From a virus (Duplodnaviria > Caudoviricetes): a DNA stretch of 40,924 bases. Shown in pieces: positions 1-8,700 of the stretch (the stretch's first letter is position 1; each line of letters begins with the position of its first letter). The translations under genes and the position numbers were made by a program. The notes under the pieces were generated by a model. It saw nothing but the letters and a program-made list of their open reading frames with translations, was not told the DNA's origin and did no database searches. The DNA is taken from the IMG/VR virus record IMGVR_UViG_3300032092_000077, positions 1 through 40,924 of that record. One strand, written 5' to 3'.

Positions 1-127
1 TACCCATGCACACAACTCTTTGCGGTGCGAACGCACGGAGCAAGCGTCCACACGGCTAAGATAGACTGGCAAGGCGGTACTCTCTACTGGCTGCCGAATG
101 TGACCATCGCAGCGGTATTGCCGAACG
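1..127. repeat. Terminal direct repeat, identical to 40798-40924 (likely assembly overlap of a circular genome)
   Basis: First 127 nt match the last 127 nt exactly; 127 is a common assembler k-mer. The repeat lies inside the duplicated cassette C. Confidence 0.9.
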
Positions 128-179
128 GGGGAGTGGAGCTACCGCGTCCTACGCGGTTAGCTCCCACGACTGGTTCGCA
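120..179 (-). mobile_element. attC site 6 (belongs to cassette E, 126-496)
   Basis: Minus strand: TGCGAAC-CAGTC-GTGGGAGC-TAACCGCGT-AGG-ACGCGGTA-GCTCCAC-TCCCCC-GTTCGGC. R''/L''/L'/R' boxes, 5 and 6 nt spacers, extrahelical bases on the left arm. Confidence 0.9.
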
Positions 180-197
180 ACTGAATAAGGAGAAACC

Positions 198-503
198 ATG
201 ACAACACCTGAAACGTGGATGAACGAAGCCCGGCAAATCGCCGCCCAATGCTGGTGCGACGAGGAAACCAAAAACACCGCGATGGACCCGGTGCTGGCGG
301 AAGCGGTGGCCAAAAGAATCGCGGCGTGGATGGATACCGGGGCACAAGCACAACGGAACTGCGACTACTATCGCGGCCTCGTCGTGCGCTGCGGAAACGC
401 ACTCGGAGAAGCGGCCAAGACCTGTGACGACGGCAGCAAGAGTGAAGATGTGCTCTGCGCCAAAGTGCCAGAACTCGTAGAGGCGCTTGTTGCGAACAGG
501 TAA
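198..503 (+). CDS. Cassette E hypothetical protein (101 aa)
   Basis: AAGGAG RBS; ATGA overlap with the upstream cassette ORF; stop codon (AAC AGG TAA) lies beyond the crossover, in attI. Confidence 0.85.
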   Translation: MTTPETWMNEARQIAAQCWCDEETKNTAMDPVLAEAVAKRIAAWMDTGAQAQRNCDYYRGLVVRCGNALGEAAKTCDDGSKSEDVLCAKVPELVEALVANR

Positions 504-540
504 TTCAATGAACCACGTTGGGTTAATTCCACGTCTCAAA
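489..540 (-). mobile_element. Putative attI site (crossover at 496/497), overlapping the intI start
   Basis: GTTGCGAAC (489-497) is the reverse complement of GTTCGCAAC (173-181), closing cassette E. No attC hairpin follows; instead AT-rich short repeats GGT(T)AATTC and CCACGT. Right boundary is approximate. Confidence 0.7.
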
Positions 541-1464
541 CAGGCACTGGCAGAGCAAAGCTGCGGGCGCAACACCGTAGCGACTTACTGCTTTTGGGCG
601 GGCAAGCTGTACCGGTTTACCGGCAAACCGGCGTCGCAGTGGACCGGCAAGGATGTACAGGCGTGGTTGTGGTCATTGCATCAAGCCGACTACTCGGCCT
701 CCTCCCGCAAACAAGCGCTCTGCGCCGCGGCGTTCATTTTCAAACACGTTGTGAAGGTGGATATGGGGCGCCTTGAACTGCCGCCGTTGCCAGTGATCCG
801 CCAGACGCTGCGCACCGTGCCGACCCGCGAAGAAATCGGCAGGATCCTGAGCAGTTTGCGCGGGCAGGTCAAGCTGATGGCGGGCCTGCTGTATGGCGCG
901 GGCTTGCGCGTTCACGAATGTTGCACCTTGCGGGTTCAGGATCTCGACTTCGACCACCTTACGGTGCGCGTCGTGGCCGGCAAGGGCGACAAGTCGCGGC
1001 TGCCCCCGCTGCCCTCCTTGTTGGTGCCCGCTTTGCAACGACACTTGGCGGCGCGGCGCGCCCAGCACGACCTTGATCTGGCCAACGGCCACGGCCTGGT
1101 TCAGTTGCCCGGGCGGCTGGCGATCAAGTACCCCGCCGCCTCGCGCGAGTTTCGCTGGCAGTATCTGTTCCCCTCCACGCTGGTCCGCGGCCAGTACCGC
1201 TGGCACGCCACGGCAGAATCGGTTGGCAAACAGATGCGCGCCGCTTGTGGCGCGGCGGGGATCACCCGGCGCGTCACGCCGCACACGCTCCGTCACGCCT
1301 TTGCCACGCACGGCCTGGCGCTGGGAAACGATATCAAGACCGTCCAGGAACAACTTGGCCATGAAAGCATCGAGACCACGGCGATTTATCTGCACAAGGT
1401 CAGCGCCTGTGGCCTGAGTCCGCTTGACGCCAGCCCCCTGCGTCGCGAGGTCCTGCCGGTATGA
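508..1464 (+). CDS. intI: Integron integrase (IntI-type tyrosine recombinase)
   Basis: SASSRKQALCA, LLYGAGLR, GKGDKSR, the IntI-specific insertion (DLANGHGLVQLPGRLAIKYP...WQYLFPS), HTLRHAFATH, LGHESIETTAIY. ATG 508 preferred over TTG 487. Confidence 0.92.
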   Translation: MNHVGLIPRLKQALAEQSCGRNTVATYCFWAGKLYRFTGKPASQWTGKDVQAWLWSLHQADYSASSRKQALCAAAFIFKHVVKVDMGRLELPPLPVIRQTLRTVPTREEIGRILSSLRGQVKLMAGLLYGAGLRVHECCTLRVQDLDFDHLTVRVVAGKGDKSRLPPLPSLLVPALQRHLAARRAQHDLDLANGHGLVQLPGRLAIKYPAASREFRWQYLFPSTLVRGQYRWHATAESVGKQMRAACGAAGITRRVTPHTLRHAFATHGLALGNDIKTVQEQLGHESIETTAIYLHKVSACGLSPLDASPLRREVLPV

Positions 1465-1475
1465 GCGCCGCGCCC

Positions 1476-2597
1476 TCAATCCGGCACGGCCATCAACGTT
1501 GCCCGTCGCCGCTCGTCGGCCACCTTGGCGTACACCCGCACCATGTCGAGCGCGGCGTGGCCCATCAGGTCTTGGAGTGTCGCCAGCTCGTTGGGATGCG
1601 CCTCCAGGAACCGCGTGGCGAACGTGTGCCGCAAGTGGTGGAAAAACACCCGGCGGCGGCCCGTCACCTGGCGAAGCAGGGAGCAAAATGTCTGGCTGAA
1701 CTCGTTGAACCCCTCGGCGGTCGGCTCGCCAAACCAGTACACGGGATCCACGGGGGGGTAGGCCCGCAACGCCGCCTCCACCCGCGGGTGCATCGGCATG
1801 GTCCGGTCCTTGGCGTTCTTTTCCCGCAACACCAGCTGGCGCTGGCCAAAGTCCACATCGGCCACGCGCAAGCTGAGCACGCCCTCGCGCCGCGCCCCGC
1901 AATAGAGTGCCAGGCAAGCCGCGGCGGACAGGCGCGGGTTGCCGGCCAGTGTCGCCAGCAACCGGTTTTTTTCGTCCTCGGTCAACGGCTTGGGCGTGCC
2001 CTTGCCCACCCGCGGCCGCTTGATCGCCTTGGCGGGGTCAAAGGTCAACGGCCGATTGGCGGGGGGCACCCAGTAGCCCTCGGCAATCGCCCAGGCAAAC
2101 GCCGCCCGCAACTGGGTCAGCTCGCCGTACATGGTTTTGTTGACGCGCCGCTCGATCTCCCGCTCGTCGGCCTCGCCGCGGGCCGCCCGCGTTTTGAGCT
2201 CGGTCTCGCGCCCGACTTTGTACCGGCGCAACAGGTCCTCGCTGAGATCGGCAAACGCCGTCGCCCCGAGCTGGTCCCGCAACCAGCGCACCCAGGCCGC
2301 CACGTAACTCTTGTAGCGGGCCGCGCTCTTGGGGTCGAGCTCGCTGGCCTTCACCGCCAGCCAACGGTCAAACACCTCGGCCACGCCCAGCACGGTTACC
2401 GGCAACGCGCTCTTGCGGGCCCGCTTGATCTCGCGGGTCTTTTGCTTGGCCAGGTCGCGGGCCTGGGCGCACGGCTTGGCGTGGCCCGTGCAACCGCAAT
2501 GCACCTTGGTTTCGACGATCTTGCCCGCCGCGTCGCGGTACTTCACCCGGCACACCGCGTTGGCCGTGTTCTTGTAAGCTACCCGTGCAAATGCCAT
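1476..2597 (-). CDS. int: Phage integrase (tyrosine recombinase)
   Basis: ALYCGARREG, KNAKDR, HHLRHTFAT, LMGH...VY catalytic motifs; AAGGAGG RBS before ATG 2597; basic N-terminal arm-binding-like region. Confidence 0.9.
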   Translation of the reverse strand: MAFARVAYKNTANAVCRVKYRDAAGKIVETKVHCGCTGHAKPCAQARDLAKQKTREIKRARKSALPVTVLGVAEVFDRWLAVKASELDPKSAARYKSYVAAWVRWLRDQLGATAFADLSEDLLRRYKVGRETELKTRAARGEADEREIERRVNKTMYGELTQLRAAFAWAIAEGYWVPPANRPLTFDPAKAIKRPRVGKGTPKPLTEDEKNRLLATLAGNPRLSAAACLALYCGARREGVLSLRVADVDFGQRQLVLREKNAKDRTMPMHPRVEAALRAYPPVDPVYWFGEPTAEGFNEFSQTFCSLLRQVTGRRRVFFHHLRHTFATRFLEAHPNELATLQDLMGHAALDMVRVYAKVADERRRATLMAVPD

Positions 2598-2699
2598 GTC
2601 AGTTTCCTCCTTGAGTTTTTGTCGGCGGTCCGTATGTTCGGCGCCCATGAATCGAGCCCACCGCCCGCAACTGAGCAACGCTGCTCTGCCGTCCGTTTC

Positions 2700-2865
2700 T
2701 TGTCACCTTTCCCGTCACCTTTTTTGTCACTCCAGCGTTGTTTTCGGCTGCTCGCCTGTGCTCGTTCATGCCCGTTAAATAAGCCCAAGTGCACGGCAGC
2801 GCAAGCACAATCGGGAGACGGTAGCTCTTTTTTTCGTGCGGGTGTCACCCGTTTTGTCACCTTTT
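2700..2865. other. Putative attP with arm-type direct repeats
   Basis: (T/C)GTCAC(C/T) repeats at 12-bp period at 2701, 2713, 2725 and at 2843, 2855, flanking about 110 bp of non-coding core next to int. Confidence 0.6.
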
Positions 2866-2950
2866 GGCGGGCACGGTGTCCGCTGAATCCCTCGGGGCTT
2901 CTGCCCGGGGTGGGTCTGGTAACCAACCAACACACAGGAGAAATGTAGTC

Positions 2951-4363
2951 ATGTCAGAAACCACTCAAAGCGCAATGGGCACGGTGATGTTCGTGCCGCT
3001 GACGGCCATTCAACTCGGTAAGAACTGCCGCGTGGTGGATCTCACCACACCCGATGGCGAGCGATTCGTGGCCTCGGTCAAGGCGCGCGGCGTGATCCAG
3101 CCGTTGCTGGTCCGCCCGCTGGACAAGGAACTCAAACAGCTGGAGCTGGTGGCGGGGTACCGCCGTTACTTCGCCGCCCAGCAAGCGGGCTTGAAGTCAC
3201 TGCCCGTGGTCGCGCGGCCGATGACGGATGCCGAAGTGCTGGAGCTCCAGCTCATCGAGAACCTGCAGCGCGAGGACCTGGCGGCGATGGATGAGGCGCG
3301 GGCCCTGGACCGGTTGCGGGTCGAGCTCGGGTACAGCGTGGACGATATCCAGGCCAAGATCTTCGCCCAGACGGGCAAAAACGTCAGCCGGTCTCATGTG
3401 TACGACACGCTCTCCCTGGTCAAGCTCACGGCCAAGGCCGAGGCGGCCCTGCGTGAGGGCAAGATCACGCGCAGCCAGGCCATCGAGATTGCCCGGCTCG
3501 ATGCGGACCTGCAAGATAACGCGGTGACACGGTTCGCGCAGAGCGAGAACAGCCACCGCGACAGCCTGCGCTACATTCGCGACCAGTTCGCCACCGAGCA
3601 AGAAAAGAAAACGCGCTGGGCCAAGGCGGCCAAGGATGCCGCGGCGCGCAACATTCCCGTGTTGTCGCCCAAGGAGGCCAAGGCGCTGTTTCCGCAAGAG
3701 TGGAGCGACCGGGCCGATGCGGCCAGCGGTTACGTGGCACTGAGCCAGGTCCACTATGAGGACCCCAAGCGGCGCACGTTTAGCCAGATCCTGGGCAAGG
3801 CCAACGTGGCCAAGTCGCTGGTCAGTTGCCACGGCGAGCCGATGTTTGTGGTGAAGATTGGCGACGTGGCGCCGATCCTCAACAAGCTCAAGGTGCCCGT
3901 GCCTGGGGAAGCAAAGAAGGCGGCGGCCGACAAGGCGGCGGCGACGGAAACCAAGGAACAGCGGACCAAACGGCTGGCCGCCGAGGCGCTGGCCAACGCT
4001 GTGGATGAGAAGCTCGGGCCGCGGATGATTGAGCTGGCCGTGGCCAAGATCAACAGCAAGACGGCCATGAGCGCTCTGGTGGCGTGCATCGAGTTCGCCA
4101 ATGAGGCGTTCTATGGCCAGGTCGAGCTGGACAAGACTCGCACCTTGGAAGCCCAGACGGCCAACCTGGTGCGGGTGTTGTGCGGGGATATTGGCGATTT
4201 GCCCGAGCCGTTGCTTGAGCATTTCGGCATCAAGGAGCTGGCGGTGCGCAAACAGCTGACGGCGGAACTGACCGCGTTGCGGGACCAGGAACAGCAAGCG
4301 GTGGCATCAGCCGATGCGGCCACGGCCGGCAAGGGCGCCGCGAAGAAGGGCGGGAAACGGTGA
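2951..4363 (+). CDS. ParB/RepB/Spo0J-family protein
   Basis: SVKARGVIQPLLVR, LVAGYRRYFAA, LIENLQREDL motifs followed by HTH; ACAGGAG RBS before ATG 2951. Confidence 0.9.
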   Translation: MSETTQSAMGTVMFVPLTAIQLGKNCRVVDLTTPDGERFVASVKARGVIQPLLVRPLDKELKQLELVAGYRRYFAAQQAGLKSLPVVARPMTDAEVLELQLIENLQREDLAAMDEARALDRLRVELGYSVDDIQAKIFAQTGKNVSRSHVYDTLSLVKLTAKAEAALREGKITRSQAIEIARLDADLQDNAVTRFAQSENSHRDSLRYIRDQFATEQEKKTRWAKAAKDAAARNIPVLSPKEAKALFPQEWSDRADAASGYVALSQVHYEDPKRRTFSQILGKANVAKSLVSCHGEPMFVVKIGDVAPILNKLKVPVPGEAKKAAADKAAATETKEQRTKRLAAEALANAVDEKLGPRMIELAVAKINSKTAMSALVACIEFANEAFYGQVELDKTRTLEAQTANLVRVLCGDIGDLPEPLLEHFGIKELAVRKQLTAELTALRDQEQQAVASADAATAGKGAAKKGGKR

Positions 4364-4545
4364 GGCGCTCACCGGCGGCGTTGCAGGCGGAACGGGCGGC
4401 GCGCCTGGCGGATGCGGCGCGCTGGACCCAGGCCGCCCGCGTGGCGCTGGCTCGCGGGCTGGTCGAGGCGGCGAGTGCCGCCCTGGCCGCCGCGGGCCGC
4501 GCGCTGGCGGGCCTGCGCGCCACTTACCAGGGTCATCAACCATGA
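4360..4545 (+). CDS. Hypothetical Ala-rich protein
   Basis: GTGA and ATGA overlaps with both neighbours. Confidence 0.65.
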   Translation: MRRSPAALQAERAARLADAARWTQAARVALARGLVEAASAALAAAGRALAGLRATYQGHQP

Positions 4546-5330
4546 ATCAGGCGTTTATGGCGGAACGGGCCGCGGAGCTGGTCGAGCTCCTGGGCGGCTG
4601 TTGCGACCGGCTGGAAGTGGCGGGCTCGTTGCGCCGCCAGGCGGCCGACGTGGGCGATGTGGAGCTGGTGGCGGTGCCGCACCTGGCGCCGTCGCCTTAC
4701 GCGGGCGATCTGTTCGGCGGGAGCGGAGTGGCCGGCAAGATTGATTACCTGGCCGAGAAACTGCGCGAGCTCAAAGGGCGGGGCGTGTTGCGGGACCGGC
4801 CCGATAAGCACGGGCGGCCCGCCTGGGGCGAAAAGTTCGTGCGGGCATTGTACGGGGACCGGCCCGCGGTGGCCGTGGACTTGTTCATCGTGCGGCCCCC
4901 GGCCACCTGGGGCGTGATCCTGTTTATTCGCACGGGGCCCGCGGAGTACGTCAAGGCGGCCATGGGCCGATTGCTGGAGCGCGGGCTGAGCTGCGCCGAG
5001 GGGCGGATCGTCAACCACGCGGGCGTGCCGCAACCCACGCCCGAGGAGGCCGACGTGTTCGCGTTGCTGGGCTGGGAGCCCAAGGATCCCGCCGAGCGTG
5101 GCCGGCAACGGCCGCGGGCCACGGCACTGGAGTTGCCCCCGCAAGCGCCGCCCACGGCCGCGGTGTCCACGCGTCTGGACGACCCGCTGCCGGCCGCCCC
5201 GCCGCCGCGGCCACGGGCACGGGGTTGCCCGCCCCATGACTGGCACGGGGAACTGGCCGAGGCCGAGCCGGGCTGCTGGCGGCCCACCTGTACGCGCTGC
5301 GGCGAGACCATGGAGTCGCGGGTCGGATGA
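4542..5330 (+). CDS. DNA polymerase X-family / Pol-beta-like nucleotidyltransferase with Cys/His-rich C-terminus
   Basis: AGSLRR...GDVELV, VDLFIV, LFIRTGPAEY, EEADVFALLG...P..R motifs; C-terminal CPPH...CTRC. Confidence 0.85.
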   Translation: MNQAFMAERAAELVELLGGCCDRLEVAGSLRRQAADVGDVELVAVPHLAPSPYAGDLFGGSGVAGKIDYLAEKLRELKGRGVLRDRPDKHGRPAWGEKFVRALYGDRPAVAVDLFIVRPPATWGVILFIRTGPAEYVKAAMGRLLERGLSCAEGRIVNHAGVPQPTPEEADVFALLGWEPKDPAERGRQRPRATALELPPQAPPTAAVSTRLDDPLPAAPPPRPRARGCPPHDWHGELAEAEPGCWRPTCTRCGETMESRVG

Positions 5331-5710
5331 GCCCCGTCACAAGGAGGAAAGCCGTGGGGACCCCGCAACCGCACTGGACCGCGGCCCGGCTCCGCCAATA
5401 TCGGCGGCAGCTGGCCGCGCTCAACGACCGGGGACCGTACCCGGTGATCAACCTGGCGCGGGCGGCCGCCCGTGAAGTGCCGCTCAGTGAAGCGGCCCAC
5501 GGGGCGGCGGCGGCGGCGCTGCCCCATCCGCCCGCCAACGCGCTCGATGCGCTCAGCGCGGCGGAGTTTGTGGTCTGGTGCGCCCGCACGGCCGCCGATC
5601 GCGGCCTGCGGGCTTTGAGCAACAGCGAGCTGGCCCGCGTGCTCAAGGTCAGCGAAGCGCGGGTGCGCCAGCTCCACGCCAGCGCGGCCGGCAAACTGCC
5701 CGCGCCGTGA
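5327..5710 (+). CDS. Sigma-70 region 4-like HTH protein
   Basis: C-terminal SNSELARVLKVSEARVRQLHASAAGKL fits the sigma70 r4 pattern; ATGA overlap. Confidence 0.7.
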   Translation: MSPVTRRKAVGTPQPHWTAARLRQYRRQLAALNDRGPYPVINLARAAAREVPLSEAAHGAAAAALPHPPANALDALSAAEFVVWCARTAADRGLRALSNSELARVLKVSEARVRQLHASAAGKLPAP

Positions 5711-5717
5711 GTCGTGA

Positions 5718-8700
5718 TTACGGGGCGGTGAGCTCGGCCCCGAGGCGGGCGCGGGCCTGGGCCGCGGCGGTGGCATCCAACCGGCGCACGTACTCTTTGA
5801 TCTGGGCGCGGGTGTAGCCTTGCTGGCGCAGCGTGGCGATGTTGACCTGACCGAGGATCTCCTGGCGGGCCTGGCCCAGGGCCCGGTTCCACTCCCGCCG
5901 TTGGCGCCAGGTCAAGTCCGCCGGCGCGACACCCGCCACGGGCGCGCGCGGGCCGCGGTAGGTCAGCAGCTCGTTGGCGCTGAGTAGCTGGTGGACGGGA
6001 TCCTGCGTCAGACTGGTAAACGGCAGGGGCACGCCACTGACCGCGGGCACGGGCGCGCTGGTGTGAGTCCCCAGTTGCCAGTAGCGGACTTCGGGCTGGC
6101 CCGTGGTGGGGCTGGGCTCGTCGGGCAACAGGTAGGAGATCCCGGGCAACCGCGCGCCCAGGCCGCGTTGCGGCCGGGGATTGATCACGCTTTCCATCGC
6201 GCCCAGCAACGCCTGGCCCGGCACCAACCGGTTGAGCGTGTTGCTGGCCTCGGCCAGCACGGCATGGGTGCTGCCTTGTTGGGCGGCCAGCTTGACGCTG
6301 GTAAACAGGCTGCCCAGCAACCCGCCCGCCTCGCCGCGGCCGGCCAGCAACGCCTGCGCAAACGGCAGGCTGGCATACCGGGACAACCCGATCACGGCGG
6401 GCCGGTCGCCGCGCAACAAGCTTACCAGGAACAGCGCCGTGGACAGCGGCTCCACCCGCAACGACACGCGCACGCCGTCCGCGCCCACCCAGTCGCCGCT
6501 CTGGTAGTCCACATGGCCGCGGTCCTTGTCCTCATCGGGCGCGTCGCTGGGCGCAAACAGGGCATGGACCAACAGCAACCCGCCGATGCCCGTGGCGGTG
6601 CGGGTCAGGTAAGCGGCGATCTGCTCGGGCGTGGCCCGGCCGTCGCGCACGGCCCGCCAAAGGCGGGGATTGATCCCCACCATCTGCCCCGCCCACCGGG
6701 CCAGCTGGAACGGCCAGCGTCCAAAGGGAGTCACCAGCAAACGGAAAAACGTGTTGCGGGCAATTCGTTCCTCGACCGGGCTCAATGCACGGTTGAACCC
6801 CGCGGCGTTGCCGGCCGCGATGGCCGTCTCGATGGCGTGCGCGGGCGGGTCGGCCACGTATTGCTCGATGTAGTCCTGCGCGGCCGCGCCGCGCAACCCG
6901 TGACGGTCGGCGCTGGTGCGCGCCTCCTGGTAGAGCGCCGCCATGGCGGCCAGCCGTTTGGCGGCCAGGTCCGCCGCGCCCTTGGCGTAGAGCGGCGTGC
7001 CCACCAGCGCGTCGAGGCTCTTGCCGGCCCAGGTGCGGCGGGTGCTGAACGTGCCGCGGTCGCCCGTGGGGAACGCGCCCGCGCTGGGCGCGCCCAGAAT
7101 GTCGGTCTCGCCGCTGACGGTCCGGCCAAACGCTTCCTCCAGCCGCGCATCGAGTGGACGGCGGGCATGGCTGGCGCGGTGGCGCAGCGCGGCGACAAAG
7201 GCCGACGTGGCCGGCAAGCTCAACCGGCCCGTGCGCAGCGCGTGGACCAGGTCGTAGCCCGCGCCCTCGATGCGCTGGGCGGCCAGCTCGGCGGCGTTGG
7301 CGACAATGTCCAGCGAAAAGCTCGTGACCGAAAACAAGTTGAGCCGCCAGGCATCCACCAGGTACCGGCCCAGCTCGCGCGCGCCCTGCTCATCCAACTG
7401 GTGCACCTGGGCCAGCCGCGTGGCGATGGCGTTGTAGATGGGCTCGCGCACATGCGCGGCAATGTCGCCCGCCAACAGGTTGGCCAGCGCGGCCCGCTTA
7501 CCGGGATTGGTCTCCTGCTGGATCTTGGCGGCCCGGTCCCGCACCACGGCGGCCAGGGTCTCGTCGTAGGCGGGCAACCCGAGCTTGTCCTGCAAGGCGG
7601 TGTAGGCCGCCTCGGTGTCGAGCGCGCCCAGTGCGCTGGCCCGGAGCAACCGCTCCCCGGCGCTGCGCACGGCCCGCTTGACCTTGCCCTGCTGGGCCTG
7701 GCCGATCACGCGGGCCAACTCCCGCTGCTTGACGGCGGCCGTCTCCGCCTGCATGGCGGCGGCCACGTCCTGGGCCAGCTGGGCGGCCTGCAATTCGCCC
7801 AGGCCCGCTTGCGCGGCCAGCTTGGCGGCCAACGCCGCGGCGGTGGCGTCCGCGGTGGTGTAATGCTCATAGACCAACTGGCGGAGCTGGGCGCCGCGCT
7901 TGACGATCGCCGCGGCCGCCGCCGCGCGCAACGCGGGGCTGCCGGCCGCCAGGTACTGGGCCAACGGATCCTTGGCTTGTCGGGCCTGGCTGGCGCGCTC
8001 GGCCACGGGCGCCGCCGCCCTGGCATTGGCCTGCTCCAGGTTGCGCAACAGCCCGGCAATCAACGCCTGGTCGGCGCTGGGCAACCGCTGGCCGCGGGCC
8101 TTGGCCACTTGGCGCTGGGCGAACACTTCCCAACCTTCGGGAGTCAGGTACTGGAGCTGGTCCCAGGCGAACAGCTTGCGGGCATTGCTGACGGCGCGGC
8201 CCGTGGTCTCAAAGTAATCGGTGAGCCAAGAAAGCAGCTCGGCATGGTTGCGGCCCACCTGGGCGGCGCCGCGCCGATCGCCGTCGCGGGTCAGCTTGTT
8301 GTACCTTTCTTGGAGCAGGCGCCCGAGTTGGATCGCGGCCTCGGTGCGGACGTCGGGCGCGAGCTGGTTGGCCGTGTTGGTCACTTCCCGGTAGGCCTGC
8401 TCGACGCCGCCAACGCTGTTGATCCAGGCCGACGCCTCGCGGGCCATGGCATCGTCGCCTTTGACGGTGTAGCGCCGCTCGCCCTCGATGCGGGCGCGGC
8501 TGTGCGGGTCTACCTGGTTGTCGGGCTGGTCCAGGATCCGCCCCGCCAGCTTGTGCTCGCGGGTGCGGGAGAAACGAATGTCGGGGCGGTTTGGGTTGAA
8601 GCGTTCTGAGAGCGGAATTACTCGCCCTGCATCATCGCGAGTGATGGCGTCGGCGAGTTTGACATGCGCCGCACTGGTGGCGACGTGTACTTCGTGGCCC

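Noticed and set aside
5991-8609. Long opposite-strand ORFs (also 1461-2948, 15025-16728, 25769-27130, 35288-36574)
   Set aside because: Shadow ORFs of GC-rich genes on the other strand; no recognisable motifs.
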